49,509 nt of DNA, taken from contig JAACDL010000033.1 in NCBI GenBank assembly GCA_009936765.1, positions 1 to 49,509 of the forward strand, read 5' to 3'. Shown here in pieces: positions 17,824 to 32,051 of the stretch. The DNA comes from Methanobacteriota archaeon (lineage in GTDB: Archaea > Thermoplasmatota > Poseidoniia > Poseidoniales > Poseidoniaceae). A model generated the notes under the pieces. It was not told the DNA's origin, did no database searches, and saw only the letters and a program-made list of their open reading frames with translations. Every line of letters begins with the position of its first letter. Within the stretch, counting starts at the first letter, position 1. The position numbers and the translations under genes are program-made.

Positions 17824-20800
17824 ATGTCCGAACCGTGCTCTACTCGTGCTTACACACTTCTCCTAATATTCATGCTCTCTGCAATGTCTCCATTGGCATC
17901 TGCAGACCCAGCTGAAGAACCCGCTCTTGAGCCGGATGAATTCACCCCTGTGTTTGCAGATATAGATGATTTCACGCCCACTGGAGCCCACCCCTATATG
18001 ATCCCAGATAGTAATCAATCACTTTACAGTGCTACAAGATTGATGAAACAATCATGGGTTGACGAGGGAATGCCTGGCGTTGAGATCGCAACATCACCAC
18101 AAGCAAAAACAAGCGGTAGAGCGTGCACACCATACGGCGAAGGAGACACTGCTACTGTTCCAACCTCCGGTGGCTCAATTGATGTAACCATCGAGAAGAC
18201 AACTTCAACAGCCGCATTCATGGTTCAGACCGGAAGGACTGTTTCTTCTACTGTTCTGAATAATTGGGCAAGTACTTGGGATTCAACAGTATATCCAACT
18301 CTAATGACTTACTTTGGGAAGGACTACTTCGACGGCAGAGGAATTGCTGCCCCAGACGTGGATAACAATTGCCAGATTGAGATTGTAATCTATGCAATAG
18401 ATGGCGCATACAATATTGGAGGTTATTTCTCACCAGGTATGTCTTCTTCAAGAGAAGCTATTTTCATTGATATTGATGATGCTCCTCTCGCATGGTCGAA
18501 GGTTATTCTAGCTCACGAACTTCAACACTTAATGCACAACGCTCTCGATCCGTACGAGAATTTGTGGATTGATGAAGGAGCAGCAGATATGGCTGCTTTC
18601 CTTTGCTTTGGAGGTTCTTCAACCCTTTACGGGCACGTCAATGCTTGGACTACTGCTAGTGAAATATCTGTTCGTTGGTGGAATCAAAGAATCGCAGATT
18701 ATGGAGGAGGATTCATCTTCCTACTGTATTTAGCAGACCACCTTGGAGGGGGTCCAGCGATTAGAAAACTAGCCCAGGATTCATCTACTGGGGCTTCCGG
18801 AATAGAAGACCTTGCTAGAAACCCAATTGGGGCCACACCCGGCGTTATAGGTCGTGATTTCATCGATATATACACAAACTTCACGATTGCTGCAACCCTA
18901 GATAGCGATCAAGGAATTTATGGAATGTCTAACCTTTACATGACTCCAGCATGCGGATCTAGTGACTTCTGTAGAATACAACCTGCTGACACCAATAGCG
19001 ATTGGATCGGACCTTGGTCATCGACTGGTAACACAGTTGAAGGCTGGGGCGTTCAAGTCTTCAAATTCACACCTGGTTCAGCATCACCTGCGCCACTTAC
19101 CATGCGCTTTACTGGAGACGTTCCAGGAATGGATGGAGTAATAATGAGTAGAGCGTCTGCTGATGGCATCTACACTCGCTCGGACATAAATTTCAACGGA
19201 GCAGTTGGTACTGCGTTAGTACCTGGATTTGGAAACTTAACCGATGAAATTTGGGCAATAACATGGTATGCTGCGAACAAGGGTGACTGCGATTACACAT
19301 CTTGTGGAGGATCATACCCTCAAGCAGTAATAGATGTGGAAGCCGCTCGCATTACATCTCCTGCTACTTTGAGCCTTAATTCTACAGTTCTCGCAGATAG
19401 AGATGGAGATTCTATGATAGATACTGCTGAGATTGAATTTAACGTTCTTTCAAATGCATTCTTCGAAGATTTAGATGTTGAGATCCAAGTACGAAATTCA
19501 TCTGGTATTGTTCTTGATACAATGGAAACTAGAGTACAAGCTGGCGGAGGAGTGGATGTCTCTACTAAGTTCTGGTACACTGCAAAAGACAGCGAAGTAC
19601 ATACCTTCCATCTGACCATGAGAGATATGCTAGGGGATTTGATTGACAATACTCAAACCGGTGCGCAGTTCATGGATAACATGAAGCCTGTATCCAATGC
19701 AAGCATCGATACAGTCGATGCTCAAACATGGGACAATATTCAATTCGTAGGAAATGGATTTGATGCATGGGGCCTCTCTCTGGCAAACAACACATTACCT
19801 TACTTGGACGACCCTGTTGCATATGCATGGGATTTCGATGATGGTAACACCTCATCTCTCAAGAGTCCAGTTCGACCTTATCTTGAAGTCGGGCAATACA
19901 ATGCCTCGCTAAGAGTAATGGACCAAGGAGGAACTTGGTCTCAATCTGATGTCAAGTCAATCAACATCACTGACACGAGCCTACCAAATCCAATAATCAC
20001 CGTTAATGGCCTTGTTATTGAAGATAACATTTCAATTCTAACTGGACAAATTGTTCAATTTGGTGCTGAAAGGACTACAGACAATGTCCCTGTAAATAAT
20101 CTACAATTTACTTGGGATTGGGGAGATGGTGAATTAGAAGGCGGTAAGGGTGTTTCTTCCGCATACCACCTGTGGGCTGATGGATTAACTGCAGTCACAA
20201 CATATAACCTAACTTTGACTGTTGATGATGGAGTTAACACTGCTTCCAAGATCATTCAAGTATTCGTAAACAACCGTGCACCGGGACAGATAAATTCTGA
20301 TGTGATAATTACTGAGACATTTACTGCCACAATGCTACCAAATGTGTTTGAAGATGAAGACGGAGTATTGGTTGAATGGAATTGGAATTTCGACGAAGGA
20401 GTAAATCTTGATGGTGGAATAGTTGACAGAACTGACCTTTTCGTTGAGATGATGTCAGCCAACCAAAACCCAATGGCTGCATGGTCCACACCTGGAATCA
20501 AATTAGTCAATATCACTGTCTTAGATAACGATGGAGCTGCTGCAAGTGCTCAAATGACGGTGCAGGTATTGAATCAACTACCCGTAGCACAATTCACTGT
20601 ACGTGACTCAGGCTCAGCCGGCAGCCCAATTATCGACTTCAGAATAGATGACGGCCAAGTTGATGTGCCTTACACATTTGATGGAAGGTCGAGTTTTGAC
20701 CCTGATGGACAAGTTGGAGATTCAACTGACTTGACATTTAACTGGACATTCTCAGATGGTACAACTTCTGAACAATCTCTGGTCACTCATAACTTCTCAA

Positions 20801-22002
20801 CCCCTGGTGAACACTTTGTAACCCTGTATGTGATAGATGAGAATGGAATGTCCAGCGAACAAAGAACACTATCTATTAGGATTCAAAACCCTAAGCCAAT
20901 TATCTCTGTCAAGATATTCGATGTTTGGTTTGATGACGAGTTAGTCACTTCAACAACCCCTCTTCCAGAAGGATCATCTTTCGACTATTCACATACTTTT
21001 GATGATGAAGGAAATGTGGTCACAACCCCTGACCAGGTACTATACTTCGACTCGTTAGGAACAAGAGACGGAGATAGATCCTATGAAGGGAGATTCGTAC
21101 CCCTTGAATCTAATAACTCTGATTGGAATGGAATTGTAGAATATTCTTGGGACTTTGGAGATGCCACTCCAATTTCACATGAACCAATGCCTTGGCATTC
21201 ATTCGAAAGACCAGGAACATACAAGGTATCTCTAACTGTAAGAGATTCATACTTGACAGGTGATGTCACTAGAGCAACTTTCACTGTAGTGGTGAACCAA
21301 CCTCCGGTCATCGGTGATTTCGACATAGTTGAAACAATCTATGTTGGTGATTCGATAGTTCTGGATGCCAACATTACAGACGCTGAAGATATTTCTGAAT
21401 ATGTTATTTGGAGAGATTTAGATGTTAATGACGGATTACACACCGATAGAGACGAAAGAATCTCTTCCAACATTATTGTACGATGGGAATTTGATGTCAA
21501 CTTTGATGAAGACGGAAACGAAGATACTGCTGATGATTGGATAACACCATCAGGTGCTGATGGGATTAGAGTTGCTGCAAGTTGGGATGATGAAGGAATA
21601 ACCATTGTCAGAGTATCTGTGTGCGATGGAATGGGCGTCTGCGTAGAAAAAGATGCTGAGTTAACAATTCTGGCTAAAGAAGACGCTGAAACAAGTCTCT
21701 CTGACTTCTCTGTCCAAGATTGGCAAGACTGGTTAGTAGATGCTAGCGGCGAATCGATGGTAATTCTAGCTCTAATTGTTGCAGTATTGGTTCTTGGATG
21801 GGCAGTAATGCGTAGCCCTACTGAGATTGAAGAAGATGCTGAACAAGCAGCAGCGACATACGAAGTTGATGAAGTTCAATCCTACGGAGGCGTTCTTGGA
21901 ATGGACCAGCACACACCACCTCCTGCTCCAGGCATACTCTCGAAAGATGAACGTCGGAGTGACTCTTCTGGCTACATTAGACCACTCAGAAGAAGACGCT
22001 GA
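17824..22002 (+). CDS. Giant (1392 aa) surface protein: N-terminal MA-clan (gluzincin) metallopeptidase-like domain, multiple PKD-like repeats, C-terminal TM anchor
   Basis: Signal peptide. HELQHLMHNALDPYENLWIDEGAAD (HExxH plus an M1-like W-x-x-EG-x-A block). Recurrent PKD signatures WDFDDGNTS, WDWGDGE, WNFDEG, WTFSDGTTS and WDFGDATP. TM segment MVILALIVAVLVLGWAV followed by a basic tail. Confidence 0.8.
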   Translation: MSEPCSTRAYTLLLIFMLSAMSPLASADPAEEPALEPDEFTPVFADIDDFTPTGAHPYMIPDSNQSLYSATRLMKQSWVDEGMPGVEIATSPQAKTSGRACTPYGEGDTATVPTSGGSIDVTIEKTTSTAAFMVQTGRTVSSTVLNNWASTWDSTVYPTLMTYFGKDYFDGRGIAAPDVDNNCQIEIVIYAIDGAYNIGGYFSPGMSSSREAIFIDIDDAPLAWSKVILAHELQHLMHNALDPYENLWIDEGAADMAAFLCFGGSSTLYGHVNAWTTASEISVRWWNQRIADYGGGFIFLLYLADHLGGGPAIRKLAQDSSTGASGIEDLARNPIGATPGVIGRDFIDIYTNFTIAATLDSDQGIYGMSNLYMTPACGSSDFCRIQPADTNSDWIGPWSSTGNTVEGWGVQVFKFTPGSASPAPLTMRFTGDVPGMDGVIMSRASADGIYTRSDINFNGAVGTALVPGFGNLTDEIWAITWYAANKGDCDYTSCGGSYPQAVIDVEAARITSPATLSLNSTVLADRDGDSMIDTAEIEFNVLSNAFFEDLDVEIQVRNSSGIVLDTMETRVQAGGGVDVSTKFWYTAKDSEVHTFHLTMRDMLGDLIDNTQTGAQFMDNMKPVSNASIDTVDAQTWDNIQFVGNGFDAWGLSLANNTLPYLDDPVAYAWDFDDGNTSSLKSPVRPYLEVGQYNASLRVMDQGGTWSQSDVKSINITDTSLPNPIITVNGLVIEDNISILTGQIVQFGAERTTDNVPVNNLQFTWDWGDGELEGGKGVSSAYHLWADGLTAVTTYNLTLTVDDGVNTASKIIQVFVNNRAPGQINSDVIITETFTATMLPNVFEDEDGVLVEWNWNFDEGVNLDGGIVDRTDLFVEMMSANQNPMAAWSTPGIKLVNITVLDNDGAAASAQMTVQVLNQLPVAQFTVRDSGSAGSPIIDFRIDDGQVDVPYTFDGRSSFDPDGQVGDSTDLTFNWTFSDGTTSEQSLVTHNFSTPGEHFVTLYVIDENGMSSEQRTLSIRIQNPKPIISVKIFDVWFDDELVTSTTPLPEGSSFDYSHTFDDEGNVVTTPDQVLYFDSLGTRDGDRSYEGRFVPLESNNSDWNGIVEYSWDFGDATPISHEPMPWHSFERPGTYKVSLTVRDSYLTGDVTRATFTVVVNQPPVIGDFDIVETIYVGDSIVLDANITDAEDISEYVIWRDLDVNDGLHTDRDERISSNIIVRWEFDVNFDEDGNEDTADDWITPSGADGIRVAASWDDEGITIVRVSVCDGMGVCVEKDAELTILAKEDAETSLSDFSVQDWQDWLVDASGESMVILALIVAVLVLGWAVMRSPTEIEEDAEQAAATYEVDEVQSYGGVLGMDQHTPPPAPGILSKDERRSDSSGYIRPLRRRR

Positions 22003-22034
22003 AGGTAAAGGAGATTAACCTCCGACCACACCTT

Positions 22035-22051
22035 ACCCTCCGTAGGAGGGT
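22035..22051 (+). promoter_or_regulatory. Hairpin ACCCTCC-gta-GGAGGGT whose 3' arm is the Shine-Dalgarno of the downstream gene
   Basis: Perfect 7-bp inverted repeat read directly. GGAGGGT ends 6 nt before the ATG at 22058. Lies 33 nt after the stop of the giant gene. Confidence 0.4.
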
Positions 22052-22057
22052 GTGAGC

Positions 22058-23056
22058 ATGAGAATTCGGCTGGCTGTATTTTTGGCGCTAGTATTCTTGA
22101 TACCGATGATCACGCCTACCGAACTGTCTCCAATCAGAGAGGCAACAGCTGAATCGAATTGTGACGGTGGCGAATTTGTAACTCCTAATTGGAACAAAAC
22201 TGTCGAAAGACACGCCAAAGTACCCAACGTAAAAGACTTTGAAAACGACTATGCAAAAAACAAAAGAAATCGTGACAGAGATAATGACGATGATGAAGAG
22301 CAAGATGATGATGAAGAAATCATCTACGAAGGTCCAGAAGAAGAATGGATGTCATTCGGATTTGATAATGAACTATCATTACTCAGGGATGATTTCCAAA
22401 CTACAATGTTGATTGGCAATGATGCTGTTGGAACTTTAACAGTAAACCTAGACCACGAAAGGCGCACTACTATTTGCGTAACTATAGAGACTACAAATAA
22501 TTCCTATAACCCATCTGCTGACGTTTATCTGATGACTGACACTCAATATGACCGCTATACTGCTGCATACGATGTTGATCATGGCGCCTGGGGAGGCAGA
22601 AGTTACGAAGCCGAATTAAACGAAATTTCTCCGGAGTGGAGAAGTTTCAACATAGCAGGCTGGCAAACTTTCAGAGATTCGCACCAGTATGAAGATATCA
22701 AAGAGGTATCTTTCTCCGTGTCATTAGATGGGCCTGAGATTAGCAGTGGTCTTTTCGGCGGAGATACAAACCAATATTTCAACATAGTAATAGACAACAC
22801 AAATAATTCTCATTCAGGAGATGCATTGCCTGAAACCACTATTGCAGCATATGTATCTGTTGTTTCTGAAGAAAGGTCGACAATACTACCAAACTGGACA
22901 GTATCAATAGTTTGTTGCGGATTGATGATAGCAACAATGGTGATTCCAATTCTCATGAACAAGCGCTACATGGAAGCTGGATTAAGCCTAACTTCTGAAA
23001 ATCAGCAACTCGACAAAGGCTTAGTTCCGTCATTGGAACAGACTGAGAATAATTAG
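22058..23056 (+). CDS. Hypothetical exported protein with poly-acidic tract and C-terminal TM anchor
   Basis: ATG at 22058 with the SD GGAGGGTG (track start GTG at 22052). Signal-like MRIRLAVFLALVFLIPMI. DRDNDDDEEQDDDEE tract. TM segment VCCGLMIATMVIPILM. One of only two TAG-terminated genes in the window. Confidence 0.5.
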   Translation: MRIRLAVFLALVFLIPMITPTELSPIREATAESNCDGGEFVTPNWNKTVERHAKVPNVKDFENDYAKNKRNRDRDNDDDEEQDDDEEIIYEGPEEEWMSFGFDNELSLLRDDFQTTMLIGNDAVGTLTVNLDHERRTTICVTIETTNNSYNPSADVYLMTDTQYDRYTAAYDVDHGAWGGRSYEAELNEISPEWRSFNIAGWQTFRDSHQYEDIKEVSFSVSLDGPEISSGLFGGDTNQYFNIVIDNTNNSHSGDALPETTIAAYVSVVSEERSTILPNWTVSIVCCGLMIATMVIPILMNKRYMEAGLSLTSENQQLDKGLVPSLEQTENN

Positions 23057-23847
23057 TATTCCAGTAATGTCCATGCATCACGAAGGTCTCTAACGTTGAT
23101 TAGGCCTTTATCCGAGATGCGGAATTCATTCCTCATAGTAGCATATACTAGACTCTGATCAAGCATTGGTGCGTGTACTCTAGCCCAGTCTCCGCCACCG
23201 TTGATAGCCATAAGACTGTGACTCAGTCCTTCGCCCTTCAGTTCGACTGCAGCCTCAACAATTTGAAGAGCGTCGCTTGGGTTATGAGCAGTTCCACAGA
23301 ACTTTACAATATCTCCAAACTCCTGATTTTCCTTAACAAGTGTAACTATATCTGCAGAATCTGGGATTCCGTTGATGTCATGCTTGGATGCAATGATTTT
23401 ACATTCGTTCTTTGAAGCCGCTTCATGAAGTGATTTGCGGACTGAGTCTTCAATAGATAGTTCGAGGTCAATCCATGACACCTTAGAATCGATTGCCTTC
23501 TCTAGAATAGCGATTCTTTCTGATTCGATTCCAGGGAAGTAGCCGCCTTCTGAGACCGGCCTTACTGTGAATACAACAGGAAGTGGTAGTCCTTCTTTCA
23601 AAGAAGAAATTGTAGCATCAACATCGACTTCAGACATGTCGCTAGTATCCCACTCGTTCTCAGGAGGTAGTGAGACCTTCTCTCCTTCTTCTTCTTCTGA
23701 AATTGTAGGATCTGGGCGAACTAAATACAGACGGTCGAATCTAACTTCGACCATATCCGCACCTGCTAAATTAGCACGTGCTGCTTCATCTGTCATTTCT
23801 TCGACGGTTATTCCATCTAGAGCAACGCATACTTTTGGGTCAGCCAT
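23053..23847 (-). CDS. aroD: 3-dehydroquinate dehydratase, type I
   Basis: VCVALDG...GADMVEVRFD, IASKHD (S-x-H-D His block) and DIVKFCGTA (catalytic Lys block) follow the type I DHQase layout. Contains an acidic insertion (EEEEGEKVSLPPENEWD). Confidence 0.7.
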   Translation of the reverse strand: MADPKVCVALDGITVEEMTDEAARANLAGADMVEVRFDRLYLVRPDPTISEEEEGEKVSLPPENEWDTSDMSEVDVDATISSLKEGLPLPVVFTVRPVSEGGYFPGIESERIAILEKAIDSKVSWIDLELSIEDSVRKSLHEAASKNECKIIASKHDINGIPDSADIVTLVKENQEFGDIVKFCGTAHNPSDALQIVEAAVELKGEGLSHSLMAINGGGDWARVHAPMLDQSLVYATMRNEFRISDKGLINVRDLRDAWTLLEY

Positions 23848-24041
23848 GCTGTCGGCGACCTAACCTTCTTCATTAACGGTTGCGATTAATTATGTGAACG
23901 AAACATGGCTGTTTTTGGATAGAATTGACAAAAATCGCTCTGATTTTATTTCTTTAAACAGGCACATCTGAAGCTGGTTTTTGGCTATGTTCATATACCC
24001 CCTCCGACACCCTATTGTTTGTGTACGAGTATACAAGGTGC

Positions 24042-24062
24042 AATCGCCAGACTGAGGCGATT
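24042..24062 (+). other. Hairpin AATCGCC-agactga-GGCGATT running into a TTTT tract, inside the long aroD/gyrB spacer
   Basis: Perfect 7-bp inverted repeat read directly. Function unknown (terminator-like or a small RNA element). Confidence 0.3.
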
Positions 24063-24179
24063 TTACTACTGTAATCAATAGTGCAAGAAAAAGCCAAGAA
24101 TAAGGCGCTAAATTGCGAGAAATAAAGTACTAAAATTAAGTTTTTTCGTTACACAAAAAATAAACAATTAGGTGAGTTG

Positions 24180-28875
<4,696 letters not shown>

Positions 28876-28943
28876 GTAGATTTCATCCGACGGGTTCAAA
28901 CGCTGACCGCCCATCTGCGGCTTAGGGAGCGCAAGCCCCCTGG

Positions 28944-30215
28944 ATGGTGAATACTATGAATGAACAGAATCTAATCTATGATTGGAACGTTGTCGATTAT
29001 GAGTATACTAGAGATTCAAACAATCATCCACATGGTGTTTGGTTTGATGATGAAACTTTGAGAGATGGCCTGCAAAGCCCTAGTGCTCTAAATCCATCAA
29101 TAGAACAGAAAATCGAGTTATTGACTTACATGGAAAATTTAGGCATCCAAAAGGTTGACCTTGGACTGCCGGGAGCGGGGCCATTCCATTTAGATCACAT
29201 CGATTCAATGCTAAATCATATTAAGCAAAATGATTACAAAATACGCCCTGCTGCTGCAGTAAGAACTCTGATGAATGACATTGAACCATTGGTTGAATTG
29301 CAATCGAAACATGAAATGGAAATCCAAGCAAGTGCCTTCTTAGGTACAAGTCCAATTCGGCAATTCACTGAAGGTTGGACTATGGAAAAGTTGGTTCCAA
29401 CAATGGAAAAGGCAGTTTCCTTTGCTGTTGAAAATGACGTACCTGTCATGTTCGTTACCGAAGATACAACTCGTTCAAAACCTGAAGATGTCAAACTAAT
29501 TTATCAGCGGGCTATGGATTTGGGAGTAAGGAGACTTTGTGTCTGCGACACTTGTGGGCACGTCACGCCAAATGGCGTCAAGAAATTACTTTCATTCATT
29601 GATGAGGAAGTGATCAAAGATGGCGGATATCAAAGGAGAGATATCGAAGTCAATTGGCACGGTCATCAAGACAGAGGACTAGGAGTTGCAAACAATATTG
29701 CTGCAGTAGAAGCTGGAGCAGATGTAATTCATGGAACTGCACTAGGTGTTGGTGAAAGAGCGGGTAACGCACCTCTGGATCAGACACTAGTGAACTTGTC
29801 ACTAATGGGAGTAATCGATAATGACTTATCGTTGCTAAATGATTATGTCAAGAAAGCAAATGAATACATCAAGGTCCCACTACCAAGAAACTACCCTGTT
29901 TTCGGACAAGATGCATTTGAAACCGGCACTGGAGTACATGCTAGTGCTGTCATCAAGGCAATCAGAAAAGGCGACATGTGGCTTGCAGACAGAGTATACA
30001 GCGGTGTTCCAGCAGGAGACTTTGGACTCAAACAAGTAATCAGGATTGGACACATGTCTGGCCGTTCAAACATAATTCATTGGCTTGAGAGCAAGAAGAT
30101 TGAAGCAACTGATGAACTAGTTGCGCATTTATTCGAAGTTGCCAAGAGTCAACCACGAAATATGGAAGAAGAAGAAATTGAGAACGCAGTGGAATCATTC
30201 CTACAACAATCATGA
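28944..30215 (+). CDS. HMGL-like Claisen-condensing enzyme of the 2-isopropylmalate / homocitrate / citramalate synthase family (lacks the LeuA regulatory domain)
   Basis: FDDETLRDGLQSP, CDTCGH and HGHQDRGLGVANNIAAVEAGADVIHGTALGVGERAGNAPLD. The ATG at 28956 (GGTGA, then 5 nt) may be the true start rather than 28944. Confidence 0.8.
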   Translation: MVNTMNEQNLIYDWNVVDYEYTRDSNNHPHGVWFDDETLRDGLQSPSALNPSIEQKIELLTYMENLGIQKVDLGLPGAGPFHLDHIDSMLNHIKQNDYKIRPAAAVRTLMNDIEPLVELQSKHEMEIQASAFLGTSPIRQFTEGWTMEKLVPTMEKAVSFAVENDVPVMFVTEDTTRSKPEDVKLIYQRAMDLGVRRLCVCDTCGHVTPNGVKKLLSFIDEEVIKDGGYQRRDIEVNWHGHQDRGLGVANNIAAVEAGADVIHGTALGVGERAGNAPLDQTLVNLSLMGVIDNDLSLLNDYVKKANEYIKVPLPRNYPVFGQDAFETGTGVHASAVIKAIRKGDMWLADRVYSGVPAGDFGLKQVIRIGHMSGRSNIIHWLESKKIEATDELVAHLFEVAKSQPRNMEEEEIENAVESFLQQS

Positions 30216-31508
30216 GTCGGCTTCTTCTTGCTCAGCCTCATCAGCATTAATCGGATTCCATTCTGCATCAACAGAACCGCCTGACCATTCGCCTTTGACA
30301 TCGATTTCGACCATCTCATCGCCATCCTCTCTCCAGATAGCGTCTCCTTGGCTTCCGTTTACGATAAGAACTCCTCTCTCATTAATTTGGGTCTTTAGCA
30401 ACTCTATATGCTTGGAAATCGGTAAGAAGTGACCAACTGGAGTCCCTGCTGTAACGAATGGATTAGTAGCAGTACAAATCATCAAACCATCCTCGGGTGC
30501 AACGATATCCACCGATAATCCAGGTGAACCAGGGTCTGAAATAGTGGCAACTACGTCTCCTTTCTCGACTACGCTGCCAGGGCTAACAAACATGTCGAGA
30601 AGCCCTCCTTCACCTGCTCTAAGCCAAGTTGAACCTCCTGCATTTAGTCTGAAACGAGGACGACTAGGGTTCTTTGGAATGACTTTCAATGCCCTAAGTA
30701 CATTCAAGCAACCATGAACTGCAACTTTAACTGCAGATTGATCTAGCAAATTAGCCCCTCCTCCTTCATATGTAACTGCAGCAATGTCCAATTCATTTGC
30801 AACTCTTCGAAGACTTCCTTTAGGTGGTCTGCTATCCAACACCACTTCAATTCCAAATGCTTTAGCTAATATATTGGACTCAGGATGAGAGAGGTCGCCC
30901 CTAATCTGAGGCATGTTTGAACGGCCTACAGCAGCGCTATGCAAATCAATAATCACATCTGAATCTACAATCAACTTCTTCTTGACAACGCTGGCTACTC
31001 TTGAAGTTGTATTGCCCTTAGGTTTGCCAGGGAAGGACCGATTCAAATCCCTTCCATCTGGGAAATACCTCGACTTTGCTCTATATCCTGGCAAATTTAG
31101 CACTGGAACGATACGGACTGTTCCCGCCATTGTATTCGGATCCAAAGCGCCCTCTGGGCCAGTGAATATTGAAGATAGTAAATTGGTGCACGCACTAGGT
31201 CCTGTTAACTCATCACCGTGAGTTCCACCAATAATTGTTACAACAGGACCTGGCCTTACTCCATGGAAAACCGTCACCGGTATTGGCCAAGAATCACCCA
31301 TGTCAACATCTAGCAGTGGCAACATAATAGTTCGCATTTCTCCCGGTTTGATTCTTTTTCGAAGAAATCTAGTTACCCCCCACTCTGATGAACGGTCCCA
31401 ATCTGGGCGATCCTCTGATTCGTGTTCCTGAAGGGCTTTTTTGATGGCCAAGCGTCTTGTTTTAGGAAGTTCATGTGCGACTCTAACTCGCCTCTTCTTC
31501 CCCGCCAT
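30210..31508 (-). CDS. Succinylglutamate desuccinylase/aspartoacylase (AstE/AspA, M14-like) family protein
   Basis: GPVVTIIGGTHGDELTG, DLNRSFPG, IDLHS and a C-terminal barrel-like GSVVEKGDVVATISDP segment, as in COG3608 proteins. Confidence 0.7.
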   Translation of the reverse strand: MAGKKRRVRVAHELPKTRRLAIKKALQEHESEDRPDWDRSSEWGVTRFLRKRIKPGEMRTIMLPLLDVDMGDSWPIPVTVFHGVRPGPVVTIIGGTHGDELTGPSACTNLLSSIFTGPEGALDPNTMAGTVRIVPVLNLPGYRAKSRYFPDGRDLNRSFPGKPKGNTTSRVASVVKKKLIVDSDVIIDLHSAAVGRSNMPQIRGDLSHPESNILAKAFGIEVVLDSRPPKGSLRRVANELDIAAVTYEGGGANLLDQSAVKVAVHGCLNVLRALKVIPKNPSRPRFRLNAGGSTWLRAGEGGLLDMFVSPGSVVEKGDVVATISDPGSPGLSVDIVAPEDGLMICTATNPFVTAGTPVGHFLPISKHIELLKTQINERGVLIVNGSQGDAIWREDGDEMVEIDVKGEWSGGSVDAEWNPINADEAEQEEADS

Positions 31509-31571
31509 GTTGGCCCATTAATCAATGTGACATCAAAGTGATGGAAGACAGGATAAACAAATCAACCTCCT

Positions 31572-32051
31572 GTGACTTGGATAACCATGGGAGAAGGAGT
31601 TCAACGACAATATGCCCCCTCATCGATTTGCTTCGGCTGTGGACCGGCTAATACCAAAGGTTTGCAAATCGATTCATTCCGATGTAAAGAAGGACTAGAG
31701 ATGCATTTCACTCCATCTGATGAGCATCAGGCATTCCCCGGAATGGTAAATGGGGGAATAATTGGTAGCCTTCTTGATTGTCATGGGAATTGGGCTGCTG
31801 CAATCGCATTGATGGATGCATCAGGGGCTGATGAGCCACCATGCACAGTTACTGCAAATTACAGTATATCTCTCAGAAGGCCTACCCCCACTGGTACAGA
31901 GTTACACGTTCTTGCAGAAATTGAAGAACTATTAGAAGACAGAGTAAATGTGAAAATGACACTAACTGCTGATGGAAAGGTTTGCGCTACGGGGAAAGGT
32001 CTTTTTGTAGCTGTCAAAGAAGGGCATCCTGCATATCACCGGTGGTCATGA
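31572..32051 (+). CDS. PaaI/4HBT-type hotdog-fold thioesterase
   Basis: CFGCGPANTKGLQI...FPGMVNGGIIGSLLDCHGNWAA is typical of PaaI-family thioesterases. GTG at 31572; alternative ATG at 31587. Confidence 0.7.
   Translation: MTWITMGEGVQRQYAPSSICFGCGPANTKGLQIDSFRCKEGLEMHFTPSDEHQAFPGMVNGGIIGSLLDCHGNWAAAIALMDASGADEPPCTVTANYSISLRRPTPTGTELHVLAEIEELLEDRVNVKMTLTADGKVCATGKGLFVAVKEGHPAYHRWS

Noticed and set aside
23890-24078. A 62-aa minus-strand ORF inside the aroD-gyrB spacer.
   Set aside because: It has a TTG start without an SD, a composition unlike neighbouring genes, and it runs through the hairpin and oligo-T tracts. It cannot be excluded as a small protein, but nothing supports it.
28876-28943. 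A GC-rich spacer between gyrA and the isopropylmalate-synthase-family gene with two short hairpins (CCGC-ccatct-GCGG and GGGAGC-gcaa-GCCCCC with one mismatch), considered as a possible leader or riboswitch.
   Set aside because: The stems are only 4-6 bp, the region is 68 nt, and no known riboswitch core is recognisable. This is too little to claim.
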